DNA from: Lachnospiraceae bacterium
GTDB lineage: Bacteria > Bacillota > Clostridia > Lachnospirales > Lachnospiraceae
Assembly: GCA_030524665.1 (NCBI GenBank)
Contig: JAUNGL010000003.1
Coordinates: 1-58,003 of the forward strand
DNA: 58,003 nt
Direction: 5' to 3'
Below the pieces are notes generated by a model that did no database searches, was not told where the DNA came from, and saw nothing but the letters and a program-made list of their open reading frames with translations. Each line of letters opens with the position of its first letter. The first letter of the stretch is position 1. Of the stretch, positions 36,510 through 45,607 are shown piece by piece. Both the position numbers and the translations under genes were made by a program.

Positions 36510-38453
36510 ATGCTGAAGAAAAAATTAAAATCTGTTAGTTTAAACCAAATTCAGATCGAAGATAAATTCTGGAAAGAATATATGGAGCTGGTACGTAATC
36601 ATGTGATCCCGTATCAGTGGGAGGCACTGAATGACCGGATCGAAAATGCAGAGCCGAGCTACTGCATCCAGAATTTCCGCGTGGCAGCAAAGCAGCAGGA
36701 AGGAATCTTTCAGGGAATGGTGTTTCAGGACAGTGATGTGTACAAATGGCTGGAAGCGGTTGCATATTCCCTGATGTGGTGTCCGGATGAGAAACTGGAG
36801 CAGACGGCAGACGAGACCATTGAGCTGATTGCAGCGGCACAGCAGCCAGACGGATATCTGGACACGTATTATATTATTAACGGTCTGGAAAAGCGTTTTA
36901 CAAATCTGATGGATCACCATGAGCTGTACTGTCTCGGACATATGATAGAAGCTGCAGTGGCTTATTACAAGGCTACCGGGAAGGACAGGTTCCTGCAGAC
37001 TGCCATTGCGTATGCGAACTGTGTATCTGAAAATCTGGGTACGGAGCCGGGTAAAATTCCGGGCTATCCGGGGCATGAGGTGGCGGAGATGGCACTGGTT
37101 GCATTGTATGGTATCACAAAGGATGAGAGACATTTGAAGTTGGCTAAATATTTTGTGGATCAGAGAGGTCAGGCACCGCTGTTTTTCGATGAGGAATGCA
37201 AAAAGAACCAGAACACCTGCTATTGGGACGATACTTATATGAAGAAACAGTATTATCAGGCAGGAAAACCGGTACGGGAACAGGATAAGGCAGAAGGCCA
37301 TGCAGTACGCGCCGTTTACCTGTATTCCGGAATGGCGGATGTGGCAAGCGAAACTGAAGATGAGAAGCTGTTTGAGGCGTGTGAAAAGCTCTGGGATAAT
37401 ATTGTAAAGAAGCAGATGTATGTCACGGGGGCCATCGGCTCCACACAGCATGGAGAAGCGTTTACCTTTGACTATGATCTGCCGAATGATACAATTTATG
37501 CGGAAACGTGTGCGGCGATCGGATTGATTTTCTTCGCAAGACGGATGTTTGAAATTACAAAGAACGGCAAATACATGGATATTGCCGAGAGGGCTTTGTA
37601 CAATGGTGTGATCAGCGGAATGTCGCTTGACGGCAAGAAATTCTTCTATGTGAATCCGCTGGAGGTAAACCCGGAAGCTTCCCTGAAGGATTACAACAAA
37701 ATGCATGTGAAACCGGAACGGCAAAAATGGTTCGGCTGTGCCTGCTGCCCTCCGAACGTGGCAAGACTTCTTTCCTCCATCGGCGGATATGCGTTCGAAT
37801 GCGATGACAATTCCCTGTATATGAATCTGTTCATCGGCGGTGTGATTGAGCTGCTGCTGGGAGGCGAGAAAAATACGATCAGGGTGGAGACGAACTATCC
37901 GTGGGACGGCCGTGTGGCTGTGACTGTGGAAAATGGAGCGCCATGTGAATTCACGTATGCAGTCCGGCTGCCTGAGTGGTGTGAGAACTATACGCTGACT
38001 GTAAATGGTGAAAAAGCAGAATATATGGCGGAAAACGGTTATGCACTTCTGAAGCGTAATTGGAACAATGGTGACAGGATTGATCTTTGCATGGAAATGC
38101 CTGTGACTGTGGTGGAAGCAAATCCGCATGTCAGAGAGGATATCGGAAAAGTAGCAGTGATGCGGGGGCCGCTTGTATACTGTCTGGAAGAGGAAGATAA
38201 CGGAGCACAGCTTCAGGAAATCTATCTGGATGAAAAGCTGCAGTTTGCAGAGCAGTATGAGGAAGATCTCCTGAAAGGAGTGGTAACACTGAAGGCAGAA
38301 GGAAAGCGTGTTTCCGGGAAGGGATGGAATACGGATACGCTGTACCGTGCCTACAGCGGAAAACAGTATCAGGAGCAGACACTGAAGTTTATTCCATATT
38401 ATGCGTGGGCGAACCGAGGCATCGGAGAGATGGAGGTCTGGGTCAGAATTTAG
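36510..38453 (+). CDS. GH127 beta-L-arabinofuranosidase (HypBA1-like)
   Basis: FQDSDVYKWLEA, HELYCLGH, GHAVRAVY, YAETCAAIG, WFGCACCPPN and IPYYAWANRG motifs. Confidence 0.93.
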   Translation: MLKKKLKSVSLNQIQIEDKFWKEYMELVRNHVIPYQWEALNDRIENAEPSYCIQNFRVAAKQQEGIFQGMVFQDSDVYKWLEAVAYSLMWCPDEKLEQTADETIELIAAAQQPDGYLDTYYIINGLEKRFTNLMDHHELYCLGHMIEAAVAYYKATGKDRFLQTAIAYANCVSENLGTEPGKIPGYPGHEVAEMALVALYGITKDERHLKLAKYFVDQRGQAPLFFDEECKKNQNTCYWDDTYMKKQYYQAGKPVREQDKAEGHAVRAVYLYSGMADVASETEDEKLFEACEKLWDNIVKKQMYVTGAIGSTQHGEAFTFDYDLPNDTIYAETCAAIGLIFFARRMFEITKNGKYMDIAERALYNGVISGMSLDGKKFFYVNPLEVNPEASLKDYNKMHVKPERQKWFGCACCPPNVARLLSSIGGYAFECDDNSLYMNLFIGGVIELLLGGEKNTIRVETNYPWDGRVAVTVENGAPCEFTYAVRLPEWCENYTLTVNGEKAEYMAENGYALLKRNWNNGDRIDLCMEMPVTVVEANPHVREDIGKVAVMRGPLVYCLEEEDNGAQLQEIYLDEKLQFAEQYEEDLLKGVVTLKAEGKRVSGKGWNTDTLYRAYSGKQYQEQTLKFIPYYAWANRGIGEMEVWVRI

Positions 38454-38561
38454 CTGATTTCCGTTTTACCCCGCAGGTGTTTTATGAACCTTTTAAAGAG
38501 TTGATGAAGGAAATGGAGATGACAACAGTATAGGGCCGAATATTTCTTACAGGAGGTGCAA

Positions 38562-40433
38562 ATGAAGAAACTGGATATGGCAAAAGGGCGGAGAGTCACC
38601 CTGTATGACAGTGAGCTGCTTCGCCGTAGGGAGGAAAACAGAAAGTATCTTTTAGAGCTGACGGACGAGAATCTGCTGCTTCCGTATACGTTTGAAGCGG
38701 GACTCTACAAGACAGCCGAGCTGCCGAAGGGAATACACGGAGGCTGGGAATCACCGCTCTGTGAATTGCGCGGGCATTTTCTGGGACATTGGCTGTCAGC
38801 GGCCGCGATGCATTACGAAGCGACCGGTGACCGCATGGTGAAAGCAAAAGCAGATGACATTGTGGACCGTCTGTCTGAGTGTCAGGAGGAAAACGGCGGA
38901 AAGTGGGCTGCTTCGATTCCTCAGAAATATCTCTATAAAATAGCGGGCGGAAAACCGGTGTGGGCCCCGCAGTATACGATTCATAAGACGTTTATGGGAC
39001 TGCTGGATATGTATGAGCTGGCGGGAAACGAAAAGGCACTGGAAGTCGCAGTCAGTTTCGGAGAATGGTTCCATGAATGGAGCGGTAAATACACCAGGGC
39101 TCAATTTCAGGAAATACTGGATGTCGAGACAGGCGGTATGCTGGAAATCTGGGCGATACTCTACAGGATTACCGGAAAGCTGATGTTCCGTGAGCTGATG
39201 GACCGTTATTACCGGGAAGGGCTTTTTGACGGGCTCATGGCTGGAAGAGATGTCCTTACAAATATGCATGCCAATACGACGATCCCTGAAATACTGGGTG
39301 CGGCGGCCTGCTTCGAGGTAACAGGCGAAGAAAGGTACTTTGAGATAGTCAGAGCATACTGGAAGCAGGCAGTGGAAGAAAAGGGAAGCTATGCAACCGG
39401 AGGACAGACCTGCGGAGAAATCTGGAGCCCGAATCAGGATCTGGCAGTGCGTCTCGGTGATAAAAATCAGGAACACTGTACTGTTTACAATATGATGCGT
39501 CTGGCAGATTTCCTGTTCCGCCATACGGGAGATGCTGCATATATGGATTACTGGGAGAAGAATCTGTATAACGGTGTCATGGCGCAGGGCTACTGGCAGG
39601 GAAGCTTTACACACGGCAACAAATCAGAGTATCCGACAGACGGGCTTCTGACGTATTTTCTGCCGCTGCGCGCCGGAGGCAGAAAGGCATGGAGCTCCAG
39701 AACTCAGGACTTCTTCTGTTGCCACGGTTCACTCGTGCAGGCAAACGCTGCACACAATACCTGTTTTTATTATGAAGGAGAAAACCAGCTCTACATCTGT
39801 CAGTATTTTGCGTCGGATTATACGGGAAACATTGGTGGTCAGCAGATTTCCGTAAAGCAGCGGATCAACCCGCTTAACGGCAGCAAACATCTGGCGAGTG
39901 ACTCTTCGGGAGTTCAACGGATTAACCCAATCTGTTCCGCATATCCGAACAATCCGCGGAAGCTGGTCTGCGAACTTCAGATTGAGGGTCAGGGAGAACA
40001 GGAGACAGAAATACTGCTTCGCGTTCCGGTCTGGGCACAGAGTGTGAGGCTGACTGTGAATGGCAAGGAAGAGACGGCAGAAGGAACCCCGGGAACCTTC
40101 CTCAAGCTCAGAAGAGTATGGAAGCAGGACGAAATCCATCTGGAATTTGGCAAAAGGATTACAGTAGATCACCTGCCAGGCTCTGACAATATGACGGCAT
40201 TTCTGGATGGTCCGGTAGTGCTGGCAGGACTGTGTGAGGAAGAACGTATTCTTTACGTAGATGAGGAACCGGAGGAAGAACTGCTTGTGGCAGACAATGA
40301 ACGTGAGTGGGGAAACTGGATGAATACTTACAAAACAGTCCGGCAGGACAGAGGAATCCGTTTTGTCCCCCTGTATCAGGTAGGATATGAGAGATACGCA
40401 GTGTATTTCCCGATTGAAAAAAGACGCAGATGA
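38562..40433 (+). CDS. GH146 (GH127-related) beta-L-arabinofuranosidase-domain protein
   Basis: GGWE, LRGHFLGHWLSA, WAPQYTIHK, ETGGM, HANTTIP, EHCTVYNM and FFCCHGS motifs. Confidence 0.85.
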   Translation: MKKLDMAKGRRVTLYDSELLRRREENRKYLLELTDENLLLPYTFEAGLYKTAELPKGIHGGWESPLCELRGHFLGHWLSAAAMHYEATGDRMVKAKADDIVDRLSECQEENGGKWAASIPQKYLYKIAGGKPVWAPQYTIHKTFMGLLDMYELAGNEKALEVAVSFGEWFHEWSGKYTRAQFQEILDVETGGMLEIWAILYRITGKLMFRELMDRYYREGLFDGLMAGRDVLTNMHANTTIPEILGAAACFEVTGEERYFEIVRAYWKQAVEEKGSYATGGQTCGEIWSPNQDLAVRLGDKNQEHCTVYNMMRLADFLFRHTGDAAYMDYWEKNLYNGVMAQGYWQGSFTHGNKSEYPTDGLLTYFLPLRAGGRKAWSSRTQDFFCCHGSLVQANAAHNTCFYYEGENQLYICQYFASDYTGNIGGQQISVKQRINPLNGSKHLASDSSGVQRINPICSAYPNNPRKLVCELQIEGQGEQETEILLRVPVWAQSVRLTVNGKEETAEGTPGTFLKLRRVWKQDEIHLEFGKRITVDHLPGSDNMTAFLDGPVVLAGLCEEERILYVDEEPEEELLVADNEREWGNWMNTYKTVRQDRGIRFVPLYQVGYERYAVYFPIEKRRR

Positions 40434-40494
40434 GGCCCCATATTTAACCGTATCAAACAATGAGGGCAGTATGGAGCTGCAAGCAAATCTGAAT

Positions 40495-40540
40495 GTACCG
40501 GAGATGGAACTTTGACAGGAAAGTCTATCTTCGGTACTTT
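40495..40540 (+). terminator. Probable terminator after the GH operon
   Basis: GTACCGGAGATGGA...TCTATCTTCGGTAC followed by TTT. Confidence 0.55.
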
Positions 40541-40626
40541 AGTGTTGGCGGGAAGTCTTATTCTTCCTTATGATAGCACAAAGAGGATAAAACTGTTGCT
40601 TATTTTTAGTAAGGCCGCAGATATTG

Positions 40627-40710
40627 ATTTGATAAATATCTAAATGGATATTGACATCCTATCAGCATGATGTTATAGATAAAACTATCTAATTAGATAA
40701 TTATCAAATT
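40627..40710 (+). promoter_or_regulatory. Sigma-A promoter flanked by two related palindromes (probable ArsR-type operators)
   Basis: TTGACA(40651)-17-TATAGA; ATTTGATAAATATCTAAAT upstream and AATTAGATAATTATCAAATT downstream. Confidence 0.6.
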
Positions 40711-40753
40711 AAATACAACTTATGACCGCGCATCAGCGAGTTGGGGAAGGATT

Positions 40754-41125
40754 ATGAAAATGGAAAATTTTGTAGCCTGTATTGATGAAATGGTGAAAGC
40801 TCTTATGGCAAGAGAACAGGCTCTGGTACAGTCAGACCGAAAGGATGAGGCAAATATGATAAAGATCCAGATCAACATCTGCGGTGTCTGTAAAACAATT
40901 TATGAAGTGGTCTGCAGAACCTGTGCAGCGGAAGATGTAAAAGAAACATATCTGCAGAAGCTGGACAGCCTGTCTGATACCTGGACGGCATCACTGGAAA
41001 AAGCAAGAGCGCATGATGACATTGAAAAAATTGTGGCAGAAGAACTGAAGCTGGAGGCTCTTTCCAATGCAAGAAACAAGTTTCTGGAGTTAAGTAATTC
41101 AGTTGTAAATGCAGAAGGGAGATAA
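40754..41125 (+). CDS. Hypothetical helical protein
   Basis: 123-aa ORF with SD between the promoter and the ArsR gene; RKDEAN..KI..NI; no recognised family. Confidence 0.75.
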   Translation: MKMENFVACIDEMVKALMAREQALVQSDRKDEANMIKIQINICGVCKTIYEVVCRTCAAEDVKETYLQKLDSLSDTWTASLEKARAHDDIEKIVAEELKLEALSNARNKFLELSNSVVNAEGR

Positions 41126-41131
41126 GGAAAT

Positions 41132-41683
41132 ATGGTGGAAGAAGAAGCAATCAAGCTGTTTAAATGCCTGGCTGACAAATCGAGGATGCAGATTCTGAAA
41201 TCCCTGATGATGGAGGATATGTATGTGGAACGGCTGGCAGAACGGCTGGGACTGACCCCTGCGACCATTTCCTTTCATTTAAAAAAGCTGGAGGATGCGA
41301 AAGCAGTAACATCCTATAAGGACCAGTACTATACGATGTACTCGCTGCAGAAGGAGGTGTTCATGACGAGGATTATCGACATCATCCGGGAGGAATCAGA
41401 CGAGGCCAGAGAACAGCAGCGCAGAGAAGAGAACTACCGGAAAAAGGTGATCAGCGCCTTTTTTGAATATGGGAGGCTCAAGGCGATCCCGGCCCAGCGA
41501 AAGAAGGAGAAAATCTGTCTGGAGGAAATTGCCGGATCTTTTGAGATCGGGAAAGAGTACGATGAAAAAGAGGTCAACAGTATCATAAAGGGATTTTTCG
41601 ATGATTACTGTACAATCCGCCGGGACATGATTTCGGAAGGAATCATGCAGAGGAAGGGAACGGTTTATGTCCGGAAAAAATAG
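41132..41683 (+). CDS. ArsR/SmtB family regulator with C-terminal DUF2087
   Basis: FKCLADKSRMQIL and TISFHLKKL; C-terminal RLKAIPAQRKK..Y.EKEVN..DDYCTIRR. Confidence 0.9.
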   Translation: MVEEEAIKLFKCLADKSRMQILKSLMMEDMYVERLAERLGLTPATISFHLKKLEDAKAVTSYKDQYYTMYSLQKEVFMTRIIDIIREESDEAREQQRREENYRKKVISAFFEYGRLKAIPAQRKKEKICLEEIAGSFEIGKEYDEKEVNSIIKGFFDDYCTIRRDMISEGIMQRKGTVYVRKK

Positions 41684-41722
41684 GGAAATCCCAAAAGAAA
41701 ACCTTAAGACTTTGTTAAAGTA

Positions 41723-41751
41723 TTGACAATCACGTGAGAGTGTGATATGAT
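41723..41751 (+). promoter_or_regulatory. Sigma-A promoter of the riboswitch leader
   Basis: TTGACA-17-TATGAT with extended TG. Confidence 0.8.
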
Positions 41752-41764
41752 ACCGCCAACAAAC

Positions 41765-41859
41765 AAAAGGGAGTAGCCTAACCACTTAACAGTGGCGATT
41801 CAAAATCGTCATGACGATATCGGGAGATATCCGTATTGAATGAGATGTGCGAGACTTTT
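41765..41859 (+). ncRNA. yybP-ykoY (manganese) riboswitch aptamer
   Basis: AAAAGGGAGTAGC...CGTCATGACG...GCGAGACTTTT match the conserved L1/L3 segments; P1 is AAAAG/CTTTT. Confidence 0.82.
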
Positions 41860-41900
41860 ATTGCAGCAGGAATGCTGCGGTAAAAGTCTTTTTTCTTTTT
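41852..41900 (+). terminator. Riboswitch-overlapping intrinsic terminator
   Basis: AGACTTTTATTGCAGCA-GGAA-TGCTGCGGTAAAAGTCT followed by a T-tract; the 5' arm overlaps aptamer P1 (ON-switch geometry). Confidence 0.82.
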
Positions 41901-42252
41901 AGAAGCTTGTTTGATACGTATGGATGCATAGGGATACATTGTCTGAGATATTGTTGACGGCCGCTTTTGTATACGGGCTTATACCTGATATGAAAAGTGG
42001 AAGATGTGCAAGGTTACTGTGGTAAGGCGCTTTTTTCAAAAGGAAAGGAGGATTCAGGAAAAATAAAAGAAGAGATGCAGCTTTACCTTAATAATTCAGA
42101 TGTGATTTCAAATCAGATGGGATGAAATCTGGAAGCGGGAAATGATATCTGAAACCAGATGCAGAGGTAAGAAAGCCAGGGAGAAGGTTTTAAGAAATTG
42201 CAAAAGGGAATAAGAAAAAACAACAGAGAAACGGAAAGGGTAGGGTAAGCAT

Positions 42253-43764
42253 ATGATATTAGAGACTATTATGGCGAACACGGGTGTTATTATTGGTATT
42301 GTAATCGCAGTTCTGGCAATCCTGATTATGATGAGCGGTTATGTGAAGGCTCCGCCGGATACGGCGTATATTATATCAGGTCTTCGAAAGAAGACGATTA
42401 TCGGAAAATCCAGCATTAAGATTCCATATCTGGAACGATTGGATAAGCTGTCACTGAAGCTGATTCCGATTGATGTCAAGACCTCAAGTTCCGTGCCGAC
42501 TGCAGATTACATCAATATTCAGGTGGATGCGGCAGTGAATATCAAGATCAGCAGCGAGAAGGATAAGCTGAAGCTGGCAGCCGAGAACTTTTTGAATCAG
42601 GATACGGCGTATATCGCACAGGTAGCCAGAGAGGTTCTCGAAGGAAATATGCGTGAGATCGTTGGGCGGATGCGTCTGGAAGAGATGGTCGGTGACCGGC
42701 AGAAATTTGCAGAACTGGTGAAAGAAAATGCCGAGCCAGACCTTGCAGCGATGGGGCTTGACGTGGTAAGCTTTAACGTACAGAATTTTACGGACAATAA
42801 TGGAGTTATTGATGACCTTGGTATTGACAATATCTCCCAGATCAAGAAAAAGGCAGCGATTGCAAAGGCCGAAGCGGAAAAGGAAATCGCCGTGGCCAAG
42901 GCGGCGGCAGACAAGCAGGCGAACGACGCCAAGATCAATGCGGAACGTGAAATCGCAATCAAGAATAATGAACTGGAAATCCAGAAATCAGACCTTCAGA
43001 AGACCACAGATACGAAGCGGGCAGAAGCGGATGCCGCTTACGAGATCCAGAAGGAAGAGCAGCGAAAAACGATCGAGGTGACAGCTGCCGAGGCAGACAT
43101 TGCGAAGGAGGAGAAATCCATTGAGCTGAAGCGCAAGGAAGCTGAAGTTATGGAACAGTCGCTCGATGCGGAGATCAGGAAGAAAGCCGAAGCGGAACGT
43201 TTTGCACGTCAGCAGAAGGCCGAAGCTGACCTGTTCGAGCGGCAGAAGGAAGCGGAAGCGAGAAAGTTCGAGATGGAAAAAGAAGCCGAGGCTCAGAGAG
43301 CAAAAGCAGAGGCGGACCGCTTCTCGAAGGAGCAGGAAGCACTCGGTATCCAGAAGGTCGGTGAGGCGGAAGCAGAGGCCATCCGTGCGAAGGGACTTGC
43401 GGAAGCCGAAGCGATGGAGAAGCGTGCGCAGGCATATCAGAAATACAACAACGCTGCGATGGCAGAGATGCTGATCAAAGTACTGCCGGATATCGCAGGA
43501 AAGATCGCAGAGCCTCTGACACAGATCGACAAGATTACGATCATTGGCGGTGACGGAAGCGGAGTCGACTCCGTAGCAGGAAATGTTCCGGCGGTCATGG
43601 CGAAGCTGTTCGAATCCATGAAAGAGACAGTTGGCATTGATCTGAATGAAGTGATGAAAGCGAATACATACGATGCAAAAGTGAACCGGAATATTACCGT
43701 AAACGGATGGAAACCGGGCGCAGAGCATACAGAAGAAGCGGCAGGAGCAGCCGACGCAGAATAG
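42253..43764 (+). CDS. Flotillin/SPFH domain membrane protein (FloT-like)
   Basis: N-terminal TM; YVKAPPD.AYIISG, AAENFL and EVLEGNMREIVG motifs; long EA-rich coiled coil; IDKITII. Confidence 0.93.
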   Translation: MILETIMANTGVIIGIVIAVLAILIMMSGYVKAPPDTAYIISGLRKKTIIGKSSIKIPYLERLDKLSLKLIPIDVKTSSSVPTADYINIQVDAAVNIKISSEKDKLKLAAENFLNQDTAYIAQVAREVLEGNMREIVGRMRLEEMVGDRQKFAELVKENAEPDLAAMGLDVVSFNVQNFTDNNGVIDDLGIDNISQIKKKAAIAKAEAEKEIAVAKAAADKQANDAKINAEREIAIKNNELEIQKSDLQKTTDTKRAEADAAYEIQKEEQRKTIEVTAAEADIAKEEKSIELKRKEAEVMEQSLDAEIRKKAEAERFARQQKAEADLFERQKEAEARKFEMEKEAEAQRAKAEADRFSKEQEALGIQKVGEAEAEAIRAKGLAEAEAMEKRAQAYQKYNNAAMAEMLIKVLPDIAGKIAEPLTQIDKITIIGGDGSGVDSVAGNVPAVMAKLFESMKETVGIDLNEVMKANTYDAKVNRNITVNGWKPGAEHTEEAAGAADAE

Positions 43765-43930
43765 TAGGTGTGAATAAACTGTTTATTCATGTATTATCTG
43801 TGCCCCGGCGGCATGGCTGGATACAAGTATGAATGGGATCAGGAATAAGGCAAAGTCAGAGAAGTTAGTGGTTGATATCGAGTGAAGACCAGAAAATAAA
43901 CGATACCTGGGAGAGTAATGGAGGAGAACT

Positions 43931-44350
43931 ATGAGTGATGAAATGATGAGACAGGAAATCAATGAAGCGATTGCAGCGGGTGAACGTGCACTTTACAGTC
44001 TGGAATGTGCACAGGAGAAGCTGAACAGCGCAAGAAGCTGGGGGATTTTTGATATGCTCGGCGGCGGATTTATCACAGATATGATCAAGCATTCACGGAT
44101 GGAGGACGCTTCCAGATATATGGACGAGGCAAAGCATGATCTGAAAATATTCCAGCGGGAGCTGCGGGATGTGCAGGTTCCCACAGAATTCCGGATGGAG
44201 GTGGGCGGATTCCTCACATTTGCAGACTTTTTCTTTGACGGAATCCTGGCTGACTATATGGTGCAGACGAAAATCGCCGAAGCGAGAGAGCAGGTGGCAG
44301 ATGCCATTTCAAGAGTCCGTCATCTGCTGAATGAACTGAGAAGGATGTAA
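43931..44350 (+). CDS. Conserved hypothetical helical protein
   Basis: GGAGG SD; EINEAIAAG, SARSWGIFDMLGGG, FADFFFDG.LAD; no function recognised. Confidence 0.8.
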   Translation: MSDEMMRQEINEAIAAGERALYSLECAQEKLNSARSWGIFDMLGGGFITDMIKHSRMEDASRYMDEAKHDLKIFQRELRDVQVPTEFRMEVGGFLTFADFFFDGILADYMVQTKIAEAREQVADAISRVRHLLNELRRM

Positions 44351-44416
44351 CATTCAAACGGAGCAGTACCGGATAGAAGAACCAAATATCCGGTACTGCC
44401 ATGAAAGGAGAACTAT

Positions 44417-44776
44417 ATGGGATGTCTTGGAAATTTGATATGGTTTGTGTTCGGAGGATTGATCAGTGGTCTGAGCTGGTGTCTCGCGGGAGCGCTCTGG
44501 TGTCTGACGATTGTCGGAATTCCGGTCGGGATGCAGTGCTTTAAGTTTGCATCCCTGTCATTCTTTCCGTTTGGGAAAGAGGTCAGATACGGAGGAGGCG
44601 CGGGCTCTCTGCTGCTGAATATCGTATGGCTGATTGTGTCCGGGCTTCCGCTTGCAATGGAACATGCCGTATTTGGGTGTCTGTTTTGCGTGACAATAGT
44701 CGGGATTCCATTTGGAATGCAGCACTTCAAGCTGGCGAAGCTTGCGCTGATGCCGTTTGGTTCCGCGGTTTATTGA
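44417..44776 (+). CDS. YccF domain inner-membrane protein
   Basis: Duplicated N.IW..GG / TIVGIP.G.Q.FK.A...PFG motif. Confidence 0.92.
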   Translation: MGCLGNLIWFVFGGLISGLSWCLAGALWCLTIVGIPVGMQCFKFASLSFFPFGKEVRYGGGAGSLLLNIVWLIVSGLPLAMEHAVFGCLFCVTIVGIPFGMQHFKLAKLALMPFGSAVY

Positions 44777-44852
44777 TTTCATTCGAGCGGTAAACAGATA
44801 AAAATTTAGTCTTTGCAAAAAGTTAAAATAATAAAAGTATGCGACAGAAAAA

Positions 44853-44962
44853 AGAGTAGTCTATGCGATTTATTTCCGCGAGCACCGACGGAAGCGAAGA
44901 TGCTGCGGGCAACGGGCCAGATATCCGCAATTGTGCGGATGTTGCCCTGCATAGACTACTCT
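44853..44962. repeat. Long hairpin bounded by a 14-bp perfect inverted repeat; possible bidirectional terminator
   Basis: AGAGTAGTCTATGC / GCATAGACTACTCT with internal GGGCAAC/GTTGCCC and ATCCGCA/TGCGGAT stems, between convergent genes. Confidence 0.6.
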
Positions 44963-44968
44963 GTATTT

Positions 44969-45335
44969 TTATTTTTTCTGAATTAAACAGCGTTTTTTAA
45001 AGAAGGAAATGCCATAGCAAATAACCTGAGAGTAATCATCCTCGAATTCCGCTGCATACATCCGGTCATCGATTTGTGCGATTGCATCCTCACATGCCTG
45101 AGCCAGTCCTTTTAGAGTTTTCGAATATTTCACTTCAAATATAGCCACGCGGTCTCCTGCATAATCTTTTAAGATGATATCACTGCGTCCATTACCGTGC
45201 TCCCGATTAGATTCTACAACATACCCGGCTCCTGCAAAAATACCTGCAAAAAAGGCGTGATAAAAATCTTCTTTGTAATCATGGTAGCTGATTGTCTTAC
45301 GAAGCAGTTTGGAAAATTCTTCAGAATTTTACTCG
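44969..45335 (-). pseudogene. C-terminal PD-(D/E)XK nuclease fragment of an AAA-ATPase-like/PDDEXK_9 protein
   Basis: Manual translation: EFSKLLRKTISYHDYKEDFYHAFFAGIF...ESNREHGNGRSDII...IFEVKY...AIAQIDDRMY...YGISFFKKRCLIQKK*. No proper start and no ATPase domain. Absent from the ORF track. Confidence 0.85.
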
Positions 45336-45607
45336 AATTGGAGCGGTGCCCCGGAGTCAGTGTCGGCTGCGCCTTAGTTCTTCTTGCGCCCGGAGCACAG
45401 CTTCCAGTCCGCCCTCTGCCGCCTGCTCCTCCCGCTCTGGGGCCTCGTATGAAATATTCAGTTCTTGAATTAAACAAGAATATGGATGAATTATATTAGT
45501 GATGAAAAACATTCTGCCGAAATGGTTTGATGAATCTTGTCATATCGGGTGAGGTATGTTAAAATTCGCATTAGAAACTAAAGTTCAGACGACGGGAGGT
45601 CCCCTTA

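Noticed and set aside
36540-38129. 529-aa minus-strand ORF
   Set aside because: Shadow ORF opposite GH127; composition fits antisense codon bias and it has no domain motifs.
41900-42252. Small ORFs (MKSGRCARLLW; MQLYLNNSDVISNQMG) as the riboswitch target
   Set aside because: No properly spaced SD and no recognisable features; cannot be supported without Ribo-seq.
45472-45607. Purine or ZTP riboswitch, or PurBox, upstream of purL
   Set aside because: The leader is too short for an aptamer; AAACAAGAATAT is only a weak PurBox match.
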